From: Gemmobacter sp.
Lineage (GTDB): Bacteria > Pseudomonadota > Alphaproteobacteria > Rhodobacterales > Rhodobacteraceae
Length of the DNA stretch: 64,000 nt
Assembly (NCBI GenBank): GCA_031425195.1
Contig: JANPIX010000024.1
Location: 48,442 to 112,441 of the forward strand
Direction: 5' to 3'
Shown: piece by piece, positions 58,334-64,000 of the stretch
How positions within the stretch are numbered: the first letter of the stretch is position 1
Layout: every line of letters starts with the position of its first letter
Translations under genes and position numbers: made by a program
The notes under the pieces: model-generated
What the model was told of the DNA's origin: nothing
Database searches by the model: none
What the model saw: only the letters and a program-made list of their open reading frames with translations

Positions 58334-58648
58334 ATGGACATCAATCTTCAAGAAATGTCGCTGAAGGACCTTAAAGATTTGCACGCCCAAGTGACACGGG
58401 CAATTGCTACATTTGAAGACCGTCGCAAGAAGGCAGTCATGCTGGCCTTGGACGAAAAGGCGCGGGAGATGGGTTTTTCATTGTCTGAGCTTTTGGGTCA
58501 AACGCCGACCCGGAAAAGAACACCTGCCGTGCCAAAGTATGCCAACCCGGCCAACAAGGCCGAAACCTGGTCGGGCCGTGGGCGCAAGCCGCATTGGTTC
58601 GCGGCTGTTCTTAAATCAGGCAAAAGCCCCGATTCGATGGCAATCTGA
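58334..58648 (+). CDS. H-NS family nucleoid-associated protein (positional counterpart of Rhodobacter HvrA)
   Basis: Coiled N-terminus plus the H-NS DNA-binding motif TWSGRGRKPHW. AGGAG RBS and an AT-rich upstream region. Confidence 0.88.
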   Translation: MDINLQEMSLKDLKDLHAQVTRAIATFEDRRKKAVMLALDEKAREMGFSLSELLGQTPTRKRTPAVPKYANPANKAETWSGRGRKPHWFAAVLKSGKSPDSMAI

Positions 58649-58653
58649 AACAG

Positions 58654-59247
58654 TCAGCACGCCGCCAGCAATTCGCGGTGGCGTGCTACAAAATCGTTCC
58701 TCACAATGGCGGGCGGGCGCAACCTGATTTCCAATCCCCTTGTCGCAATCGGGTTCGGCGCGCCGAACAGTTTGTCCGCTTCGGCGACTGTAAACCCGGC
58801 AATCTGGACAGCCTCCAGCCAGGCTGAAACCTTGTCAGCAGCCTTGATCGCCTTTTTTATGTCTGCGGGCAAAGCGATGGGCAGGCCAAATCGCAAATGG
58901 ACGGCGGCGGTGAGACGCAGGTCAAGTTCGCCGTAACCCGGACCAACCGCTGATTTAACCGGGCTGATCATGTCTCCGATGACATACTCCGGCGCATCGT
59001 GAAGCAAGGCGGCCAGCCGCCAGCGCGCGGGCATGTCGGATTGACGCGCAAAGATCTGTTCCACAAGCAGGGAATGTTCGGCAACGGAATAGGGCCAGTC
59101 GCCCCGGGTCTGGCCGTTCCAGCGGGCGACGAAGGCCAGCCCATGCGCGATATCTTCAATCTCGATATCCATCGGCGTGGGGTCCAGCAGATCAAGCCTG
59201 CGGCCCGACAGCATCCTTTGCCACGCGCGCGCTGGTGTCTTTGCCAT
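58654..59247 (-). CDS. HD-domain phosphohydrolase (YfbR/COG1896-like)
   Basis: This is the C-terminal 197 codons of the 763-aa tracked ORF: IAHGLAFVARWNGQT...VAEHSLLV...LLHDAPEYVIGDMISPVK. The rest of that ORF is antisense to ahcY. Confidence 0.78.
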   Translation of the reverse strand: MAKTPARAWQRMLSGRRLDLLDPTPMDIEIEDIAHGLAFVARWNGQTRGDWPYSVAEHSLLVEQIFARQSDMPARWRLAALLHDAPEYVIGDMISPVKSAVGPGYGELDLRLTAAVHLRFGLPIALPADIKKAIKAADKVSAWLEAVQIAGFTVAEADKLFGAPNPIATRGLEIRLRPPAIVRNDFVARHRELLAAC

Positions 59248-59427
59248 TCCTATCCCCGATCCTGGGGCAGAATGGCGCAAGGGCGGCGGCGGCTCAAGTC
59301 CCAGTTGCGGGGTGGCTGACAGGTGCGGCAGATCATCACCATGGGCCAGTGCGGTGTCCTGCCGATTGCCGTGACGGGGCCTGCGTGTTATCTGCCGCGC
59401 CAAACCAGAGGTAAAGGAGTGCGGCGC

Positions 59428-60828
59428 ATGCCGGAGGATTATATCGTCAAGGACATTTCGTTGGCCGAGTTCGGGCGCAAGGAACTTGTCATTGCGGAAA
59501 CCGAAATGCCCGGCCTTATGGCGCTGCGCGAAGAGTTTGGCGACAGCAAACCGCTGACCGGCGCGCGGATCGCGGGCAGTCTGCACATGACGATCCAGAC
59601 TGCGGCACTTATTGAAACGCTTGTCGCACTGGGTGCTGACGTGCGCTGGGCATCGTGCAACATCTTTTCGACACAGGACCACGCTGCAGCGGCCATCGCG
59701 GCGACTGGCACGCCGGTTTTCGCCATCAAGGGCGAAACGCTGGAGGATTACTGGGCCTATACCGACAAGATCTTTCAGTTCGGCGGTGAGGGCGGGACTT
59801 GCAACATGATCCTGGACGATGGTGGTGACGCCACGATGTACGTCCTGATCGGGGCGCGCGTCGAAGCGGGCGAGACGGACATCATCGAAATTCCCACCTC
59901 GGACGAAGAGGTTTGCCTGTACAACCAGATCAAGAAGCGTCTGGCGGCCAGCCCCGGTTGGTTCACGCAACAGCGCGCGGCAATCCGTGGTGTTTCGGAA
60001 GAAACGACAACCGGCGTGCACCGCCTGTATGAACTGCACAAGAAGGGTTTGCTGCCGTTCCCTGCGATCAACGTCAATGACAGCGTCACCAAGTCCAAGT
60101 TCGATAACAAGTATGGCTGCAAGGAATCGCTTGTTGACGGCATCCGTCGCGCGACGGACACGATGATGGCGGGCAAGGTTGCCGTTGTTTGCGGTTATGG
60201 TGACGTGGGCAAGGGTTCTGCGGCGTCGTTGCGCGGTGCTGGCGCACGGGTCAAGGTGACCGAAGTTGATCCGATCTGCGCACTTCAAGCGGCGATGGAC
60301 GGCTATGAGGTGACATTGCTGGAAGATGAAGTCGCAAGTGCGGATATCTTCATCACCACAACCGGCAACAAGGACGTTATCCGCATCGAACATATCCGTG
60401 AGATGAAGGATATGGCGATTGTCGGCAACATCGGCCATTTCGACAACGAGATTCAGGTGGCCGCCCTGAAGAACCACAAGTGGACCAACATCAAGGAACA
60501 GGTGGACATGATCGAGATGCCTTCGGGCAACCGGATCATCCTGCTGTCGGAAGGGCGTCTTTTGAACCTTGGCAATGCCACGGGGCACCCGTCGTTCGTG
60601 ATGTCGGCGTCTTTCACCAATCAGGTGCTGGCGCAGATTGAACTTTGGACCAAGGCAGATGAATACAAGCCGGGTGTTTATATCCTGCCGAAAGCCTTGG
60701 ACGAAAAGGTGGCCCGTCTGCATCTGAAAAAGATCGGGGTGAAACTGACTGAGTTGCGCCGCGATCAGGCGGATTACATCGGCGTCAAAGTCGAAGGCCC
60801 GTTCAAATCGGATCAGTATCGCTATTGA
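59428..60828 (+). CDS. ahcY: adenosylhomocysteinase
   Basis: [41 protein letters not shown] motif [13 protein letters not shown]-terminal SDQYRY. The ATG at 59428 has AAAGGAG upstream. Confidence 0.96.
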   Translation: MPEDYIVKDISLAEFGRKELVIAETEMPGLMALREEFGDSKPLTGARIAGSLHMTIQTAALIETLVALGADVRWASCNIFSTQDHAAAAIAATGTPVFAIKGETLEDYWAYTDKIFQFGGEGGTCNMILDDGGDATMYVLIGARVEAGETDIIEIPTSDEEVCLYNQIKKRLAASPGWFTQQRAAIRGVSEETTTGVHRLYELHKKGLLPFPAINVNDSVTKSKFDNKYGCKESLVDGIRRATDTMMAGKVAVVCGYGDVGKGSAASLRGAGARVKVTEVDPICALQAAMDGYEVTLLEDEVASADIFITTTGNKDVIRIEHIREMKDMAIVGNIGHFDNEIQVAALKNHKWTNIKEQVDMIEMPSGNRIILLSEGRLLNLGNATGHPSFVMSASFTNQVLAQIELWTKADEYKPGVYILPKALDEKVARLHLKKIGVKLTELRRDQADYIGVKVEGPFKSDQYRY

Positions 60829-61753
60829 TCCGTTGAGTATCCGGCGTTTGGGCGGCGGTTGCCGCCCGGCGCATTTCACGAATCTGGCCCCGGATTTTCC
60901 AGTGCGGCTGCCGTGCCATCGCGGATTCGGCGGCCTGCAGGGCAAGTTTAGTGTGGTTTGCGCGTTGCGCCCGGATCAGCAAGGTTTCGATCCACGGAAC
61001 CGACGTTCGCCGGGCCCGGTACAACCGGTTGAATTCCGGCAAGCTCAGTTCGCCAACAAGTGCGCGCTGGCAAAGCGGCTTGAGCAATCCCATTTTCTTG
61101 AGCGCCGGGGGAATCTTGTGGCCAACAGCCGGCAGGCGCAACTGCACCACGTTGTCGCCTGCAAGCCGGGCCGCATGGGCGGCATCTTCCGGGACCAGCG
61201 GATCGAATACGACATAGGCGCGCGCCGCCGCCTTTACCCCGGTGGCGGCATCGGAATACCGGCCTGACCAGTCGGCGATCCGGTCAACAGCCTTGTACCG
61301 GGTATCGAACGGCACGACGGCCCGGTCCAAAGTTGTTTGCGGTGCCATTGCGAGCACGGTGCATCCCGGCGCTGCGGGCGCGAAGGCAAGCGCGCCGTAG
61401 GCCCCCATTGACGCGCCATACATCGCGACGTGCTGGTAGCGCGCAAAGAACCCGCTGTCGCGCAATTCGTCAAACACATCAAAAAGTGCGTCGTGGCGGA
61501 ACCAGTCAAGACGTTTGACCATGATCCCCAGAACATCCCAGCCCTGCGCCGCCAGAAATTCGTACCCCCAAGGCAATCTGTCAGCCCCGTCCCGCAGCAC
61601 GGTGAGGTTGTCGAATGTGACCACAAGACGCTGATGGCCCTGCGGTAACCAGGCCACCACATGATGTTTCAGATCGCGGTAGAAACCGCCTGTTCGATCG
61701 GCAAGGCTCTGCGCCTGAGGAATGTGCGGGGCGGGTTGTTCGAGGTCTGTCAT
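60803..61753 (-). CDS. uncharacterised protein, possible alpha/beta-hydrolase fold
   Basis: 316 aa from the ATG at 61753. It has a GxSxG-type elbow [16 protein letters not shown] recognise no family. The 3' end overlaps the ahcY 3' end by 26 nt. Confidence 0.55.
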   Translation of the reverse strand: MTDLEQPAPHIPQAQSLADRTGGFYRDLKHHVVAWLPQGHQRLVVTFDNLTVLRDGADRLPWGYEFLAAQGWDVLGIMVKRLDWFRHDALFDVFDELRDSGFFARYQHVAMYGASMGAYGALAFAPAAPGCTVLAMAPQTTLDRAVVPFDTRYKAVDRIADWSGRYSDAATGVKAAARAYVVFDPLVPEDAAHAARLAGDNVVQLRLPAVGHKIPPALKKMGLLKPLCQRALVGELSLPEFNRLYRARRTSVPWIETLLIRAQRANHTKLALQAAESAMARQPHWKIRGQIREMRRAATAAQTPDTQRINSDTDPI

Positions 61754-61953
61754 GGCAGCATGTTCCACCTCTGCGCGCCGTGGTGCAAGGGCGTGTGGGG
61801 ACTTTGGATCGCCGGATACTGGTAAAAACCGGCTTCTGTGCGGCGGATTTCGCAATTTACGTTGCGGCAGGGAAATTATTCGCGGAAGTTACCCGTGCTG
61901 AAAAGCAGTCAGTATCTGTAGAAAAGTGCACATGGAACGAGGAGCCGTTGGGT

Positions 61954-62295
61954 ATGAGTAAACGTGACGAATTGATCGCAAGATATGCGGATGACTTGAC
62001 GAACAAATGCAAGGTGCAGCCGGATATGGCGTTCCTGACCAAGGTGACCATCGGATGTGGTCCCTCGATCTACAATGCGGATGCGCAAACCGTTTCCGGT
62101 TCGAGCACCGAGGAACTTGAAACCGTGAAGAACAACTTTCTGATCAAGAAACTGGGCCTTGCGGACGGGCCCAAGCTGATGGAAGCTATTCATGCGGTTA
62201 TCGAAACCTATGGCAAGTCGGAGCGGAACAAGTACCGCGCGGTTGTCTATTACATGCTGGCAAAGCATTTCGGAAAAGAAGCCGTCTACAAGTAA
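61954..62295 (+). CDS. DUF2853 family small protein
   Basis: MSKRDELIARYADDL...VSGSSTEELETVKNNFLIKKLGL resembles DUF2853 proteins. ATG at 61954 with GAGGAG upstream. Confidence 0.7.
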   Translation: MSKRDELIARYADDLTNKCKVQPDMAFLTKVTIGCGPSIYNADAQTVSGSSTEELETVKNNFLIKKLGLADGPKLMEAIHAVIETYGKSERNKYRAVVYYMLAKHFGKEAVYK

Positions 62296-62312
62296 AACCG
62301 GGCCGTGAACCA

Positions 62313-62344
62313 CTTCCTGCGGTGGGTCGGTCCTCCGCAGGAAG
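62313..62344 (+). other. perfect 10-bp hairpin covering the presumptive Shine-Dalgarno of the MFS gene
   Basis: cttcctgcgg-(12 nt)-ccgcaggaag. The 3' arm ends 6 nt before the ATG at 62351 and contains GGAAG. Confidence 0.45.
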
Positions 62345-62350
62345 ATCGAC

Positions 62351-63571
62351 ATGCCCCCGCCCAGTGACAGCGCGACACCGGTAATGCCCGGCGCGCCACT
62401 TGATACGACCGTTGTTCCGATCATTGCGGCGGTTGCCTTCTGCCATATGCTCAACGATCTGATGCAATCGCTTATTCCGGCGATCTATCCTTTGCTGAAG
62501 GACAATCTGGCGCTGACGTTCGGGCAGATCGGGTTGATCACGCTCGTCTTTCAGGGGACGGCATCGATTCTGCAGCCGCTGGTCGGGTTTTATACGGACA
62601 AGCGGCCCCAGCCTTACGGACTGGCTGTCGGGATGGGATGCACGTTGATCGGGCTGGTGCTGCTGGCGCATTCCACCAGTTTTGGCCCGGTGCTGGCGTC
62701 TGTCGCGCTGATCGGGTTGGGATCGTCGATCTTTCATCCGGAGTCGTCGCGCATTGCGCGCCTTGCCGCCGGGATGCGTCCGGGATTTGCGCAGTCGGTG
62801 TTTCAGGTGGGAGGCAATGCCGGGTCGGCCATCGGGCCGCTTGCCGCCGCGTTCATCGTGCTGCCGCGTGGTCAGACATCGATCGAATGGTTTGCGGGCA
62901 TCGCGCTTCTGGGGATGGCGGTGCTGACGTGGGTTGGGCGTTGGTTCATGGCAGAAGGCACGCGGCGGGCCAAGGCAGGGCGCAAGCGTGCGTCGGTGCA
63001 TGATCTTTCGCCGCGCCGGGTGCAGCTTGCGATTGGTGTTCTGATTGCGCTGACGTTTTCCAAGTTCGTCTACATGGCCAGTTTTTCCAGCTATTATACC
63101 TTTTACCTGATCGAGCGTTTCGGCGTTCCCGTTGGCCGCGCGCAGATTTACCTCTTCATCTTCCTTGCGGCTGTTGCTGTCGGAACCATCATCGGCGGCC
63201 CGATTGGCGACAAGATCGGGCGCAAAAGGGTGATCTGGCTGTCGATTTTGGGGGTGTTCCCGCTTTCCATGATCCTGCCCTATGTCGGGTTGGAACTGAC
63301 CATTGTTGTGTCGGCGTTTGCCGGGATGATCCTTGCTTCGGCGTTTCCGGCGATCATCGTCTATGCGCAGGAACTGTTGCCGCAGAAAACCGGTACCGTG
63401 GCGGGACTGTTCTTTGGATTGGCCTTTGGCATGGGGGCGCTGGGTGCGGCGGCACTGGGGCAGATTGCGGATGCCACCAGCATCATCTTTGTGTTCCAGC
63501 TTTGCGCATGGTTGCCGTTGATCGGGCTTGCGGCGGCCTTGCTGCCGAACCTGAGGTCGCCTGTGGTTTGA
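62351..63571 (+). CDS. MFS transporter (Fsr/fosmidomycin-resistance-like)
   Basis: 12 predicted TM segments and the N-terminal motif AFCHMLNDLMQSLIPAIYPLL, typical of the Fsr subfamily. Confidence 0.8.
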   Translation: MPPPSDSATPVMPGAPLDTTVVPIIAAVAFCHMLNDLMQSLIPAIYPLLKDNLALTFGQIGLITLVFQGTASILQPLVGFYTDKRPQPYGLAVGMGCTLIGLVLLAHSTSFGPVLASVALIGLGSSIFHPESSRIARLAAGMRPGFAQSVFQVGGNAGSAIGPLAAAFIVLPRGQTSIEWFAGIALLGMAVLTWVGRWFMAEGTRRAKAGRKRASVHDLSPRRVQLAIGVLIALTFSKFVYMASFSSYYTFYLIERFGVPVGRAQIYLFIFLAAVAVGTIIGGPIGDKIGRKRVIWLSILGVFPLSMILPYVGLELTIVVSAFAGMILASAFPAIIVYAQELLPQKTGTVAGLFFGLAFGMGALGAAALGQIADATSIIFVFQLCAWLPLIGLAAALLPNLRSPVV

Positions 63572-63702
63572 TTGGATTAGAGGAAAATCGTAATCGCTTG
63601 CCAGTTGCAGCACTGCGCGACCTGAGGCAATGTCACACAACAGGGCAGTACGCCCGGGACCTTTTCATACACGTGTGGTGCCAGGGGAGCACGTGGGGTG
63701 GT

Positions 63703-63739
63703 GAAGGGTCCCGTAGGGGTGCGGGGCCCTTCATTTTTT
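63703..63739 (+). terminator. textbook intrinsic terminator (11-bp stem including one G-U pair, 8-nt loop, A + T6)
   Basis: gaagggtcccg-taggggtg-cggggcccttc-atttttt. It lies 131 nt after the MFS stop. Confidence 0.8.
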
Positions 63740-63757
63740 CCGCTCGGCACTTGCGGG

Positions 63758-64000
63758 TCAGTCGGCCGCAATGCCGCCAAGTTCACAGATGATGCGCCAT
63801 TCGTCTGGTGAGACAGGCTGAACCGACAGGCGGGAGTTGTTCACCAGAACCATGTTTTCCAGCCCCGGTTGAACCTTGCAATCTTCCAGAGTGACGGGTT
63901 TTTTCAATGGATGCAGTGCCCGAATGTGCACGCAATCCCAACGGGGATCGTCCGTGGTGCTGTCAGGTGCACTTAGCGCACAAACCTCGACAATGCCGAC
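63758..64000 (-). CDS. EVE (PUA-like) domain protein, C-terminal part (gene enters from the right edge)
   Basis: Not on the track. Hand translation of the minus strand gives ...VGIVEVCALSAPDSTTDDPRWDCVHIRALHPLKKPVTLEDCKVQPGLENMVLVNNSRLSVQPVSPDEWRIICELGGIAAD*, which resembles EVE/Thy28-like proteins. Confidence 0.6.
   Translation of the reverse strand, partial: VGIVEVCALSAPDSTTDDPRWDCVHIRALHPLKKPVTLEDCKVQPGLENMVLVNNSRLSVQPVSPDEWRIICELGGIAAD

Noticed and set aside
59248-59427. SAH riboswitch upstream of ahcY
   Set aside because: I could not find the conserved SAH-riboswitch core strings as I remember them (AGGAGCGCUGC / AACGGCGCUCA). The element is mainly beta/gammaproteobacterial. It needs an Infernal scan to be certain.
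59248-60945. Upstream 566 codons of the 763-aa minus-strand ORF 58654..60945
   Set aside because: Only the last 197 codons (HD-domain protein, ATG at 59247) look real. The rest is antisense to ahcY and Arg/His/Asp-rich without motifs.
62198-63640. 480-aa minus-strand ORF
   Set aside because: It is antisense to the 12-TM MFS gene. The sequence is extremely Arg/Gln/Asp/Pro/His-rich. It is a shadow ORF.
1-64000. Search by eye for tRNA/rRNA/tmRNA/SRP RNA, CRISPR repeats, IS elements, integrases, prophage, toxin-antitoxin or defence genes
   Set aside because: No T-loop-like GGTTCGA(A/T)TCC strings in non-coding DNA, no spaced direct-repeat arrays, and no transposase, integrase or phage-like translations on the track. 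All sizeable ORFs are accounted for by housekeeping or transport genes. A manual scan cannot exclude small or degenerate elements.

Overview
This is a 64-kb, gene-dense segment of roughly 60% G+C with about 62 protein genes. Most gene junctions are under 100 nt or overlap. It reads as core chromosome of an alphaproteobacterium. The RegB/SenC-RegA/H-NS-like/AhcY block, alpha-type AddAB, HemJ and the overall gene order point to Rhodobacterales.

Gene content from left to right:
- End of a flagellar cluster (flgK partial, flgE, motB), then kpsT-kpsE/kpsM capsule export.
- hslV, an embedded membrane gene, hslU, and a DUF900 lipoprotein.
- tim44-like-mltA-smr (minus strand), fxsA, secB, and maf-aroE-coaE-dnaQ (minus strand).
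- A 394-bp AT-rich gap that I propose as oriC.
- hemJ, rho, and mnmE-mnmG-rsmG-parA-parB, with two parS-like sites inside coding sequence.
- hemW-ridA-rdgB-rph, hrcA-grpE, mutS, and an msrA that appears to be exported.
- A GntR-linked polyol/sugar-acid locus: RbsACB-like ABC transporter, Zn-dehydrogenase and a mannitol-dehydrogenase-family gene.
- urtABCDE, then tsaE-amgK-murU-addB-addA (minus strand) and a PAS-only protein.
- regB/senC-regA, an H-NS-like gene, an HD hydrolase, ahcY, two uncharacterised genes, an MFS transporter and a partial EVE-domain gene.

By eye I found no rRNA, tRNA, CRISPR, IS/transposase, integrase, prophage or recognisable defence genes, and no convincing accessory island. 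I therefore do not claim a new multi-gene system.

The best leads are:
- the candidate origin and the CDS-embedded parS pair;
- a lower-GC block covering mnmE-parA;
- an uncharacterised polytopic membrane gene translationally wired into the hslVU operon;
- a perfect CtrA box in front of a PAS-only signalling gene;
- a few unexplained RNA structures.

All function calls come from motif recognition in the supplied translations. Nothing was searched against databases.
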